This document shows, one piece after another, positions 30,030-40,424 of a stretch of 64,000 bases of DNA. Positions within the stretch are counted from its first letter, which is position 1, and each line of letters opens with the position of its first letter. Below the pieces are notes generated by a model. The model did not search any database. It was not told the origin of the DNA and saw only the letters and a list, made by a program, of their open reading frames with translations. The stretch lies in NCBI GenBank assembly GCA_963783575.1, contig CAWAOD010000009.1, forward strand, positions 679,191 through 743,190. The letters are read 5' to 3'. Position numbers and translations under genes: made by a program. Source of the DNA: an uncultured Spirochaetota bacterium (GTDB lineage: Bacteria; Spirochaetota; Brevinematia; Brevinematales; JAOACQ01).

Positions 30030-30779
30030 GTGTTTGCAAAGAAACTGCCCTTGATATATTTTGCGGCAGGAGGTTGCCCCGGCATGGTCTTTAGCTATCA
30101 GTTTTATTTCAAGCCTTACTCCGTCCCCAATCTTATTCAAGATATTAAATGGGAAAATATAAAAGTATTCTTACTGACAGTTATTATCCTTTTGTTTTTG
30201 ACTTCCTGTTCTTTCAATGTTTACAACATAAAAAACACTACCAGAGACATTAAAGGATTGAAAGTCAGAGTCCTAAATGTGATTGACGGAGATACAATCA
30301 AGGTTGAAACACAGAATGATGCCCTATTAAAATTTGAGAATGGAGATGCTATATATCCGTTTGAGACAAATTCCATAAGGTTTTTATTTATCGATTCGAT
30401 GGAGAGTTCCGAGAATTCAAGGCTTAACAGAATAATAATCAAACTCAAAAAAAACGGGATGTATTTTAGAAAAGAAAAGATCATTGAAATGGGTAAAATG
30501 GCAACCGGGCATCTTAAAGAAAATCTCCATGACGATGATTTCGCTTTTGTTGAATTTCCGCTTCCGGTTATCAAGGATAAATACGGAAGGTTCCTGGGGA
30601 TCGTTTTTATCAACGGTACCAATCTGAATTATCTGCAGGTCAGGGACGGCTATGCCCCGGTTTATTTCCTGAATGAAGGGAATGCGGAAACAGTGCGGTA
30701 TTATAAGAAAAAGTTTATTGAGGCCGAAGATTTCGCTAAGGAAAAAAAACTGGGAATCTGGAAAGAATTCTCGGATTGA
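30030..30779 (+). CDS. Thermonuclease (SNase)-family protein, probable lipoprotein; true start uncertain (likely near 30149)
   Basis: VIDGDTI, IRFLFIDSME, DKYGRFLG, N..QVRDGYA, AKEKKLGIW; LTSC lipobox. Confidence 0.8.
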   Translation: MFAKKLPLIYFAAGGCPGMVFSYQFYFKPYSVPNLIQDIKWENIKVFLLTVIILLFLTSCSFNVYNIKNTTRDIKGLKVRVLNVIDGDTIKVETQNDALLKFENGDAIYPFETNSIRFLFIDSMESSENSRLNRIIIKLKKNGMYFRKEKIIEMGKMATGHLKENLHDDDFAFVEFPLPVIKDKYGRFLGIVFINGTNLNYLQVRDGYAPVYFLNEGNAETVRYYKKKFIEAEDFAKEKKLGIWKEFSD

Positions 30780-30789
30780 GGGTAAAAAA

Positions 30790-31785
30790 ATGCTTAATCC
30801 ATTAAAGTATTTTATCAACCGCAAAGTCGGTCTGGCGCTTGGAAGCGGCGGAGCAAAAGGAATAGCCCACATTGCAGTGATTGAATATCTCAAATCCATG
30901 AATATCCCGGTCCATTATGTGGCCGGCGCAAGCATCGGCGCACTAATCGGTGCGCTGTACTGCTCAGGCAGCCTTAATGCTTTTAAAAACGATCTGCTCA
31001 GTATGGACAGGAAAAGTTACAGCGATTTTTTTGATCCGATTTTTCCTATTTCGGGATTATTAAATGCTGATACGTTTATGGAATTTATTAAAAAATATAT
31101 ACCCGGCGGCATGTTAATTGAAGATTTGAAAATCCCTATCGGAATTGTCGCAACCGATTATAAGACAGGTCAGCCGGTTCTATTCCGTTCCGGAAAAATC
31201 ATCGACGCGATAAGGGCAAGCATTTCAATTCCAGGTATTTTTACACCTGTGCCGTACCGGGACACCTTCTTAATTGATGGAGGCGTTGCCAACCCCCTGC
31301 CGGTCGATATTGTAAAATCTATGGGAGCGGGCATTACTTTAGCGGTAAATCTTCATCCATCATTACCATTGAGAAAAGAAAAAGGAAGCCCCATAATACC
31401 GGTGAAAGAAAAGATTGAAGATGATGAGATCGAAGACAAAAACCCATATCTTGGATTTATTATTGAAAAAGCCCGGAATATCGCTCTTCTGGGTAAAAAT
31501 ACATGGTTAAAATATATGAATAATTTTATGAATAATGAGAAGATAATTGATAAGAAAAAATTGCCTAATATTTTCGAAATCCTTTTTCAATCAATAGATA
31601 TTATGGGTTATAATGCCACAACTTTAATGCTGAAATACGACCCGCCTTCAGTTTTGATCGAACCGGATCTCCTGTACCTGAAATCGCTTGATTTTAACAG
31701 AGGCCCTGAAGCCCTTGCCGAAGGAAAAAATGCCTGCGACCGGGTAAAGGATCAGTTGATCCAGAAAGTTAAGTTATGGTTATAA
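30790..31785 (+). CDS. Patatin-like phospholipase (RssA/NTE family)
   Basis: LALGSGGAKG, GASIG, ASISIPG, DGG. Confidence 0.92.
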   Translation: MLNPLKYFINRKVGLALGSGGAKGIAHIAVIEYLKSMNIPVHYVAGASIGALIGALYCSGSLNAFKNDLLSMDRKSYSDFFDPIFPISGLLNADTFMEFIKKYIPGGMLIEDLKIPIGIVATDYKTGQPVLFRSGKIIDAIRASISIPGIFTPVPYRDTFLIDGGVANPLPVDIVKSMGAGITLAVNLHPSLPLRKEKGSPIIPVKEKIEDDEIEDKNPYLGFIIEKARNIALLGKNTWLKYMNNFMNNEKIIDKKKLPNIFEILFQSIDIMGYNATTLMLKYDPPSVLIEPDLLYLKSLDFNRGPEALAEGKNACDRVKDQLIQKVKLWL

Positions 31786-31814
31786 GGCTGTTTACTATTT
31801 GAGGTGAAATAAAA

Positions 31815-32756
31815 ATGAAATTCAAGATTTTTGTTGACGGACAGGAAGGAACAACAGGATTAAAAATAAATGAAAGGTTAAGTATCAGGAAAGACCTTAA
31901 TATTCTTGAGATCGATCCCGAAAAGCGGAAGAACCCTGAGGAAAGGCGGAAATTATTAAACGAATCCGATATTGCGTTTCTATGCCTCCCGGATTCCGCT
32001 TCCAGAGAATCCGTATCTCTGGTCGATAACGGTAAAACACGGGTAATAGACACCAGCACCGCGTTCAGGACCGATCCCGGCTGGACTTACGGACTGCCTG
32101 AATTAAATAAAGAACAGAGGACAAAAATAAAGAATTCATCGCGAGTCTCCGTACCGGGATGCCATGCCACGGGCTTTGTTATAATCCTTTATCCTTTGAT
32201 CAGCGAGGGCATTGTTCCGAAAGATTATCCGGTAGCTTGTTCTACCGCTGCCGGTTACAGCGGGGGCGGAAAGAAAATGATCAAAGAATACGAAACAAGC
32301 GGTGATGAATTGCTTAAAATACCGAGATATTACTCGCTTGAATTGAACCATAAACATCTTCCAGAGATGCAGGCTGTAACAGGCCTTAATTATCCCCCGA
32401 TTTTTACTCCGGTTGTGGGTAATTTTTACAATGGGGAGGTTGTTTCAATACCGCTTCATTCCAGGCTTCTTAATAAAAAAACCCGGGCATCAGGAATTCA
32501 GCAAATACTAAAATCCTGGTATTCTTCGGAAAGGTTTGTAAAAGTTCTTGATTTTTCAAAAAGATTGCGACCCCGGTGATGGATTTTTTGGCGCCACTGA
32601 ATGCAATCGAACAGGATAGAAATATCAGTTACCGGAGGCGATGAACGGGTTTTAATCCTTGCCAGGTTTGATAATCTCGGCAAGGGGTCTTCCGGCGCCG
32701 CAGTGCAGAATATGAATATTATGCTCGGTCTTGAAGAAGGAACAGGTCTGGATTAG
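31815..32756 (+). pseudogene. argC: N-acetyl-gamma-glutamyl-phosphate reductase (type 2), with two compensating indels (~32560 and ~32608)
   Basis: FVDGQEGTTGL, PGCHATG, GYSGGGK; C-terminal [23 protein letters not shown] lies past the annotated stop; the intervening [10 protein letters not shown] is in a shifted frame. Confidence 0.85.
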
Positions 32757-32760
32757 TAGT

Positions 32761-33054
32761 TTATTCATGCATCAGGAAATCGGTTTTAAAAAAGGTAATT
32801 TTATCCCCATGAAAATTTTCAATCAGATTGAGAACATTCGAAAGAACGCTCTGAAGGTATGAGGAATCTCCCGATACACCTACAACAGCTAATCTGGCGC
32901 GGGGAGTGACATCTTCCCCGTCGGTAATTTCGGAGACGCTCACGTTAAATTTTTTCCTTATCATATCTTTTATGCTTCTTAAAACATTCCTTCTTTCCTT
33001 TATGGTTTCCCTGATTGGTATTAAAAGATCGACCGATAATACGCCGATAAACAT
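32761..33054 (-). CDS. DUF503-family protein
   Basis: IKERRNVLRSIKDMIRKKFNVSVSE pattern. Confidence 0.75.
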   Translation of the reverse strand: MFIGVLSVDLLIPIRETIKERRNVLRSIKDMIRKKFNVSVSEITDGEDVTPRARLAVVGVSGDSSYLQSVLSNVLNLIENFHGDKITFFKTDFLMHE

Positions 33055-33142
33055 GCAGCCTCCTGTTTGACTGTACTGGAATGATTAATTATAATGCCAG
33101 TGTTTTATTTAATCAAGATGATTGATTTTTAGGAGAATTGTT

Positions 33143-33862
33143 ATGGAAAACTCACTTGAAGGAAAAGTCGCCGTTATAACAGGCGCAAGCAGCGGCATTG
33201 GGAAGGCTTCGGCAAGAGCATTTGCTGGTTTAAATATCAGGATGATCCTGAATGCCAGGCGGGGAAAGGAAATCATGGAACTTTCTGAAGAAACCGGCGG
33301 AATTCCGGTGACCGGGGATATTACGGAGCTTGATATGTCGGGAAAGCTTCTCGATACTGCGTTATCGAATTTCGGAAAATGCGATATCATTATAAATAAT
33401 GCCGGAATTATTGAGGTCGGCGAGATCGGGAAAATCGATATTGAAAAAGTCGCCGCGATGGTCAGGATTAATGTTGAAGCCTCCTTCAGGATTATTTATA
33501 CTTTTTTGAAATATTTTAAATCGGTTGACAGCGGTTATTTGATCAATATTTCCAGCGTGATGGGAACCAAAGTCAGGCCCACGAACGGAGCATACGCAGG
33601 GACAAAATACGCCGTTGAAGCCCTGTCCGAATCTTTACGGATGGAACTTGCAGGGACAAACGTAAAAATTTCCTGCATAGAACCGGGACTTGTTATGACT
33701 GGCCTGCACAAGGATTGGGAAGTACATCCCAGTGTGAGTATGAATATTCAGCATCCATTGCAGCCAGAAGACATCGCCGGCCAGATTGTTTATTTATTAA
33801 ACCAGCCTGAACATGTAAGGATTCCAAGATTAATGATCCTGCCAAGCGATCATATAATTTAA
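33143..33862 (+). CDS. SDR-family oxidoreductase
   Basis: TGASSGIG, NNAG, YAGTK, IEPG. Confidence 0.93.
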   Translation: MENSLEGKVAVITGASSGIGKASARAFAGLNIRMILNARRGKEIMELSEETGGIPVTGDITELDMSGKLLDTALSNFGKCDIIINNAGIIEVGEIGKIDIEKVAAMVRINVEASFRIIYTFLKYFKSVDSGYLINISSVMGTKVRPTNGAYAGTKYAVEALSESLRMELAGTNVKISCIEPGLVMTGLHKDWEVHPSVSMNIQHPLQPEDIAGQIVYLLNQPEHVRIPRLMILPSDHII

Positions 33863-33906
33863 CATACATGTTTGACAAAAGCTTGTTTATTATTGCTTTG
33901 TTTTTA

Positions 33907-33950
33907 GCCACTAATTTCACTAATCTCACAAATTAGTGCTAATTCGTGGC
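33907..33950. repeat. Imperfect hairpin of ~9-nt CACTAAT units between convergent genes
   Basis: GCCACTAATTTCACTAATCTCACAAATTAGTGCTAATTCGTGGC. Confidence 0.5.
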
Positions 33951-33988
33951 AAATAATATGCAAAGTAAAATTTTATAATAATACAGGC

Positions 33989-34819
33989 TTATCTGTCGGT
34001 CCAGATACCTGTTTTGATAATCTCCCTGGATGTTCCAAAAAATGAACTTTTAACGATTCCTAAACTGTTGGAAGAAGTATCGACCGATACATTTATTTCA
34101 TCCAGGGCGCTTTGAAGGAGTTTCGCCATGAATGGATCTCCAACCCGAACATGAAGCCTGGCGATCCTGAAATTGCCGGCGGGTGTTCTGATATTCTCTG
34201 TATTATTATCGACCCAGCCGGATTCCTGTATAGGGTCTTTCAGATAGCCCGGCAGTACGCCGTAAAATATACCCGGTTTCATAAAATCCATCATTCTCAA
34301 CAAACCGTACAAAGCCGGGAAATACAAATAGGTGTAACCCTTCTTAATGGTTTGCCTTGATTTTTACCTAGTTATTTTATATCCGTCCCAGGAAAGGGTT
34401 TGAATTTCAAGTTGAAAATTCGTATAGTCGAAATTGATCTCTGTATAGAAATTTCCATAAATATTATCCGTGAAATGATAATTTGAAAAATTTTCGATTG
34501 ATTTAAGCATTCTATAGTTTTTAATATCAAATAAATAGCACCTTTGAAAATCGCTTAATTTCGCCGGTAAATTTGAATAAAATCTTTTATTTTCGTGCAT
34601 ATAAGAATATAGCTTGAGAATTTCCCCGTTTCCACTGAATTCATTCACAAAATATTGGTATCCTGTAACTTCATTTCCTGAATAAATGGCGAATTTCTCA
34701 TATTCCATATTTTTTATGTTCGGCTTTTTTAATCCGACAGGTCCAATCATTTTATTACAGCCCATTATAAAAAGACTTACAAACACTGTAAATACTACAA
34801 ATATTAATGTCTTTTCCAT
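33989..34819 (-). pseudogene. Lipoprotein paralog of 18140-18952 with in-frame TAA at 34364-34366
   Basis: The two ORFs are in frame (…YKITR*KSRQTIKKGYTYLYFP…); IMGC lipobox; ENIRTPAGNF...GDPFM matches EILNTKAGQF...GDPFL of paralog. Confidence 0.7.
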
Positions 34820-34996
34820 ATGTTCCTGAAAATATAATTCAATAAAAAGTCATATTAATCGATATTTACCAAAAGGCTCAATATTTTTATTGTTTTCTTA
34901 AGTCGCCTTATTACCTCAACAATTATACAATGACTTAAACATCAAGTCAAACCGGTTTTTGACTTTCGGCTCATCATAAACCTCCTTTGCCCGAGT

Positions 34997-35680
34997 TTAA
35001 TGTCCGGTAGTTTTACTGCTATGTACTTTATGTTGTTTAGAACAATTATTCCTAATTATAAAAATAAAACCTGCAGTTGTAAATGAGACTCCTGAAAAAA
35101 ATAACAGCCAGTTGTAGTTTACAGGGAAACGTTCAGCCGGAAAGTTAAATGGCGTATTGATCAGAAAAGAAATCAGCCATAGAATAAGCGCTATTATAAG
35201 TAATAAAACTATAGTCCGGTTAATTATCAAACTATTGTTTTTGAAATAAATCCGGCGTATTATAAGCGCGCCGAAGATTCCCAGAATTGATATTAATATC
35301 GGAGCCAGAACCGGGGCGAGCCATGGTAACGGGATCAGGAAAAGAATATCCCAGTCCAGGAATGTCGAAGGCCAGCCTTCAAAGACATATAATGCCCCAT
35401 AGTAAATAATGTCCCATATCGCAAATATATATACAAAATCGGCAATTATTTTTATCAATCTTCCGCCTGTCAAACCCGCAACAGAAACCAGGACTATAAG
35501 AGTGGCGAATTCACGTCCGCATTCAATGAAAAGCGTTTTTATATCCATGCCGATTATCACATTTGAAAATCCACCGGGATAATAATGCATCCTGAGATAA
35601 TGCGCGACGGCTCCCTCGATATAACCGAATGCGACGGCAAATATCGTGAGAAAGAAAAATTCTTTAGATTGATCCTTCAT
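34997..35680 (-). CDS. Hypothetical multi-pass membrane protein
   Basis: About 6 hydrophobic segments; GREFAT, WDIIYY, DWDILFLIP motifs. Confidence 0.7.
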   Translation of the reverse strand: MKDQSKEFFFLTIFAVAFGYIEGAVAHYLRMHYYPGGFSNVIIGMDIKTLFIECGREFATLIVLVSVAGLTGGRLIKIIADFVYIFAIWDIIYYGALYVFEGWPSTFLDWDILFLIPLPWLAPVLAPILISILGIFGALIIRRIYFKNNSLIINRTIVLLLIIALILWLISFLINTPFNFPAERFPVNYNWLLFFSGVSFTTAGFIFIIRNNCSKQHKVHSSKTTGH

Positions 35681-35825
35681 AATTAATAATATAACTCCAA
35701 AATTATTATTAATATATATAAAAAAAAGAAATATGTAAAATTAATATTAATTGCATAATTGAAAAGCAGACATTTGACTGGGGTAAATTTCAAAAGAAAT
35801 ATTTGATTGTTATCATTATTATTTG

Positions 35826-35843
35826 GGTCAAGCATCATGCTTG
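35826..35843 (-). repeat. REP-like repeat variant with compensatory stem change
   Basis: Minus strand CAAGCA-TGA-TGCTTG-ACC immediately after the stop of the 35844 gene. Confidence 0.55.
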
Positions 35844-37145
35844 TCAAAGATCGATTTCGAGTTCTATATTAATTGACCAATCCTGTCCGTCCAGCCTGAA
35901 CTCGGAATATTCATCACCGAAACCAAGGGTTAAATTGCCTGTTAGAGACTCATGATCCCATCCGCTGTACCCGGCCGAAAGGATCTCCAGTCCGCTCAAA
36001 TCCTGGATATTCAGGACAGTTGTTGCGGTAAGGCTGAGTTTTTCAGAAGGAGGATTTGACAAACGCACCATTCCGTAATGCTGGCAGAGATTTATTGCAC
36101 CGTTTCCCCCGATCGTATTTTGAATTATTCCAAGATTTGCCGTGCTAAAATTCCCCGAAGGATTATCATTGTAATTATTCCTATAATTTCCGGCGGTTTT
36201 TCTGATCTCATTCCACTCGTTAAAACCGAATCCGCTTTGATTATAATAATATTCGATCATCAAATCAAAGAGATCGGTATTGTAGCTTCCTCCGATAATT
36301 ATCTCAAAAGGATTATCGATTTTTTCACTTTGATTGGTTAACAAATCTTCATACATTTTTTTCATATTTTTCATATCAAACCCTGTCATAACTGAATTTG
36401 TGGCCAACCGGCTCCTGGTTTTGCTTTCAAAATATGCAGCCTCTCCATGAACCTCAATATAATCACCTATTGTTGCCGAAACAGAGGCTCCAGCTTGCCA
36501 TATATCACTGTGGGATACAGCAAGGCCGGTATCAATTCCGGAAAGATTGACCGAATAGCGAGCTTCCGCCTGTTGTGCCTGTGCACCTGAAAAATAATCA
36601 AGACCTTCGTTTGTAAAATCCAGTTCCGGGATATAACAGATTCCAAAAACGCCGTAATCGCTGAACCAATCAAGATTAGCCATAAATTTGCCTTCTGCGA
36701 AAAGAAGATTATAAGATTGATTCTTTGAGTAATCTTTTGAATCATTCAAAATAAAATCAATAGGCGACATAAGAAAAGATACGCTTTGGATAACTTTCTT
36801 TTTACCGATGTCTATAAAGCCTGAAAAAAGATGATATGATAAAAATGCTTCCGTCAGCCGGTTTGTATAGCCAGAATTTGTTACTGCATTGAGATATCCT
36901 ATATCTTCAGCGGTGAACGAAGCCGGATCGTATTTCCAGTTGATTTCGGAATAATATTTTAAAATACCCGATAAATCTTCATTTATTCCAAAAATATTAC
37001 CGGGATTTAAAGCGCTTTTAAAACTTGTAAAGGTTTCATCATTAAACAACTTTATCCCATATGATACGGCATTATTGGTATCTTCCCCGTAGAAAAGATT
37101 TGATGTAATCATTAAAAAACATACTAAAATTAATAATTGCTTCAT
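35844..37145 (-). CDS. Exported protein, putative outer-membrane beta-barrel
   Basis: Signal peptide from ATG 37145; aromatic-rich alternating strands, IEYYYNQSG, terminal INIELEIDL. Confidence 0.6.
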   Translation of the reverse strand: MKQLLILVCFLMITSNLFYGEDTNNAVSYGIKLFNDETFTSFKSALNPGNIFGINEDLSGILKYYSEINWKYDPASFTAEDIGYLNAVTNSGYTNRLTEAFLSYHLFSGFIDIGKKKVIQSVSFLMSPIDFILNDSKDYSKNQSYNLLFAEGKFMANLDWFSDYGVFGICYIPELDFTNEGLDYFSGAQAQQAEARYSVNLSGIDTGLAVSHSDIWQAGASVSATIGDYIEVHGEAAYFESKTRSRLATNSVMTGFDMKNMKKMYEDLLTNQSEKIDNPFEIIIGGSYNTDLFDLMIEYYYNQSGFGFNEWNEIRKTAGNYRNNYNDNPSGNFSTANLGIIQNTIGGNGAINLCQHYGMVRLSNPPSEKLSLTATTVLNIQDLSGLEILSAGYSGWDHESLTGNLTLGFGDEYSEFRLDGQDWSINIELEIDL

Positions 37146-37186
37146 AAATTCTCCTTTTATTATTTTTTTCCCGGGGAGTGACAATT

Positions 37187-37927
37187 TTACATTCTTTGCA
37201 GATATTCCTTATTAAAATATTTGTCGGGTACATCTGCTATTTTTAAATCCATATATTCCATTGTCGTATAATTGTCCTTTATTATTTCATCATAGATAGT
37301 CATTTTTGTGATAACAATATGACCTTCCATTTCTTTAGGGTCGCTATAAAAAGCCGTTTTTAGCTTCTTTCCGCTTAATGCGAAAAACTCAGCTTTTACC
37401 GGGTAATAAGTTCCTTGCCCAACCCATAGAGTAAGCTTATTATAGGTTGCGCCGCTTCTCTTAGCTGTAAGATTAAGCCTGAAGCATTTTATGCTTTGCG
37501 AATCAATGTCCTGTATTGTTTCTTCTCCCGACAATACTGAGCTGTAATCATATGAAAACTGCACTTTAACAACATCGCCGTTTGAAGCCTGGCCCAGTAG
37601 TCTTTGAGATGCGGTTAAACGCACTGGTTTTTGCGTGTTAGGTATAAAAATCCACATATCATCATTTATCATAAGAATTTTTCTTCCCTTCATATTGGCC
37701 GGTTCGGTAAATACAACCATAGATTTATCCTGTCCTTTTACAAACCCTTTCAGTGTTGTATTATCGGACATTTGGCCTTTACGGTAATCCTCCATTTTGA
37801 TCAGCATATCGAAGTTGGTTCCAAGAGACCGGTTGTCATCGGCTTTCTGCAGAATCTCTTCCGCAGTGAGGGAATAGCATAAATTTGCAATCAATAACCC
37901 GGATAATAAAATAATGATTTTCTTCAT
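37187..37927 (-). CDS. LolA-like 'outer membrane lipoprotein-sorting' periplasmic protein
   Basis: AEEILQKAD, FTEPANMKGRKIL...DMWIFIP...RLTASQRLLG, SGKKLKT, VPDKYFNKEYL. Confidence 0.85.
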   Translation of the reverse strand: MKKIIILLSGLLIANLCYSLTAEEILQKADDNRSLGTNFDMLIKMEDYRKGQMSDNTTLKGFVKGQDKSMVVFTEPANMKGRKILMINDDMWIFIPNTQKPVRLTASQRLLGQASNGDVVKVQFSYDYSSVLSGEETIQDIDSQSIKCFRLNLTAKRSGATYNKLTLWVGQGTYYPVKAEFFALSGKKLKTAFYSDPKEMEGHIVITKMTIYDEIIKDNYTTMEYMDLKIADVPDKYFNKEYLQRM

Positions 37928-37998
37928 AAAACACCCCTTATATTCAATTCTGAACTTTTTCAAACTTAACAATTGAGAGGGACATCCGGACATGCCCG

Positions 37999-39144
37999 TT
38001 AAACGCTTTTAACAAAAAACTCCTTTTTTAATACCACATTTTCCCAGAATTTATTTGTATGCGGCCGGAACTCCTCTGGATCTATTTTTGTTTGTATTTT
38101 TTCAATTGTTTTTTTATTTATCTTACCGCTTTTATAAACAGATTCTCCTGCTTTCTGAATAGAATCCAGAACAAGATTGTATTTCTTATAGTACATCGGG
38201 TCATTTGGCAGAAACATGCAGGCAGAGCGGTATATTCCACCTATAAAAGGAATATGAGCATTATGGCTTATATTCTTGAAATACTCTTTTATGGAATCAA
38301 AATGAGATTCTTCGGGAAACCCGCAAACTGAAAACACAAAAAATGATTGATCCCTTTTTTCTCTTCTGGGATGTCTTGTTTTATATATTCCCGGTATCAT
38401 ATAAGGATGTTCAAGACAAAATGCCCGTTCGATAAAATTTTTTAAAATACCTGGAATTGTATCCCAATAAAGTGTGAAAGCATAAATAATGAGGTCGGAT
38501 TTATGATAAATATCATACAAAGCATTTACATCATCATTCTGGACGCACCTGCCGGTATTATTTTTCCAGCAGTGAAAACAGCCAATGCAGGGATTTATCT
38601 TTTTCTGCCCAAGCTCAATTATTTCAACGGAAGCATCACTGTCTTCCAGACCTTTAATGAATCTGTTTAAATAATGAAATGTATAGCCGTTACGGCCTCT
38701 TGGCGATCCGTTTATGACCATTATTTTTTCAGGCTGCTTCCAGTTTTTGATTGGATTGATTTCAAGTTCAGTAAGAGAATCGGATATATCTGTACTAATT
38801 TTAAAAATAAGTTCTTTTTTGATCAATTTATCAAAAAACCTGGTATCCCCTTCAAATTTTAGTTTTTTTGTGATAATTCCCAAAACTGGATTCAGCCTGT
38901 TATTTGCAAGATCGAGCCAGTCGTAAAGCCCCGCGGTCAGCTTCACGTTATAATTTTCCTTTTTGCCAAAATCAAAAATCATTTTTTCCCCGTTGGATTG
39001 AAAATAGCATGAGATATCTTCATCTTTATATCTCAATTCAAATTGAATACAGCCTTTTTCCTTTACCTGGGCTGAATCATAAGCATCAATAATGTACTTT
39101 GATAAACTTTCCAGATTTTTCCGGGCAGTAATTTCCTGTTTCAT
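37999..39144 (-). CDS. SCP2 lipid-binding domain fused to iron-sulfur flavoprotein (flavodoxin-fold) domain
   Basis: SCP2 pattern DWLDLANNRLNPVLGIITKKLKFEGD; INGSPR and CIGCFHCW...GRC (CX2CX2CX7C). Confidence 0.8.
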   Translation of the reverse strand: MKQEITARKNLESLSKYIIDAYDSAQVKEKGCIQFELRYKDEDISCYFQSNGEKMIFDFGKKENYNVKLTAGLYDWLDLANNRLNPVLGIITKKLKFEGDTRFFDKLIKKELIFKISTDISDSLTELEINPIKNWKQPEKIMVINGSPRGRNGYTFHYLNRFIKGLEDSDASVEIIELGQKKINPCIGCFHCWKNNTGRCVQNDDVNALYDIYHKSDLIIYAFTLYWDTIPGILKNFIERAFCLEHPYMIPGIYKTRHPRREKRDQSFFVFSVCGFPEESHFDSIKEYFKNISHNAHIPFIGGIYRSACMFLPNDPMYYKKYNLVLDSIQKAGESVYKSGKINKKTIEKIQTKIDPEEFRPHTNKFWENVVLKKEFFVKSV

Positions 39145-39191
39145 AATGCCTCTTTTATAGGTCAAATATGCGACATAATCGCTATAGCAAT

Positions 39192-40412
39192 CTATATCCA
39201 CCTCAGCGCATCGGCAATAGACATTCTTGCCGCTTTCAACGCGGGATATATAACCGCGATTATTGAAACCCCTATGAATAATAAAAAATAATACAAACAA
39301 TCCGCTAAATCCGGATTTATCAAAGCCTGGTAACCCTTTGCGCTGCCCGGAGGCGGCGGTATCTGGATACCTCCTGCGGAATTTATTATCTGCGAAATTG
39401 CGACTCCCGCGATAATACCGGCTATTCCGCCCGCAATACCTAAAAGTATACTTTCGGAAACAAATATTTTCATAACCATAAATCTGGTGGTTCCTATTGA
39501 ACGGATTGTACCTATTTCGCGGATTCTTTCAAAAAGACTCATTGACATGGTATTTGCGACCGCGAAAATTACTATCGCAAAGATTATGATTAATGCAATC
39601 CTCATAGCGGAATAATAAAAGTCCCTTGCCCCGTAATAATATGGCGCCAACTGATCCCATCTCCTGTATTCCAGACCTAATTTTTCGCAGGTTTCCTTGA
39701 TTTTTATTTCTGCCGCCGGTAAATCTTCGGTACTTGTAAGCAGAACGACAAGTGTATCAATTGATCCTGGCGTATTAAGAAGTTTCTGGATTGTATTAAG
39801 ATTAGCAAGCACATAAACGTTGTCAAGCTCCTGAAGCTGGTTCTGGATAACGCCGGATATGTTGAAATCAAGGGCATTAACCCCACCGTCCTTCATTGTA
39901 ATCATAACGGTACATGGATCGCCTGCTTTTCCGGAAATGGATTTCGCTACCCCGCTTCCAATCATTATTCCTTCAGTATCCTCATCTTTAAGTGCCTGTC
40001 CTTCTTTTATTCCGGAAAATGTGCTGAGCTGCCCTTCCTCTTCTGACAAACCGGCTGTTCCAAAAATTACAGTACTTTTATCGGCGCTTGAAACGATACC
40101 CTGGAATTTAAGCCTTGGAGCTATCAATTTGATTCCTGGAATCCTCATTAATTCTCTTACGGTCTTTTTGTAGCCGGTCATCATAAAATCGTAGGGATTT
40201 TCATCGCCATGTTCCATAAAGCCTTTCTTATGAATCTGGAAATGCCCTATTCCTCCGTTAATGATTGACTCTCTAAGTCCCCAAAGGCTGAATTTCACAA
40301 AACCATTCGCCAGAATCAGCGAGCACATCCCGATAATGATTGTGAGCATTGTCAGAATCGTACGTCTTTTATTCTTTATCAGGTTCCTGTAACCTATCTT
40401 TAAATACATCAT
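39192..40412 (-). CDS. ABC transporter permease, LolC/E (FtsX/MacB) family
   Basis: RNLIKNKRRT, periplasmic domain, ERIREIGTIRSIG, IADALR. Confidence 0.92.
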   Translation of the reverse strand: MMYLKIGYRNLIKNKRRTILTMLTIIIGMCSLILANGFVKFSLWGLRESIINGGIGHFQIHKKGFMEHGDENPYDFMMTGYKKTVRELMRIPGIKLIAPRLKFQGIVSSADKSTVIFGTAGLSEEEGQLSTFSGIKEGQALKDEDTEGIMIGSGVAKSISGKAGDPCTVMITMKDGGVNALDFNISGVIQNQLQELDNVYVLANLNTIQKLLNTPGSIDTLVVLLTSTEDLPAAEIKIKETCEKLGLEYRRWDQLAPYYYGARDFYYSAMRIALIIIFAIVIFAVANTMSMSLFERIREIGTIRSIGTTRFMVMKIFVSESILLGIAGGIAGIIAGVAISQIINSAGGIQIPPPPGSAKGYQALINPDLADCLYYFLLFIGVSIIAVIYPALKAARMSIADALRWI

Positions 40413-40424
40413 AATCTTCTCCTG

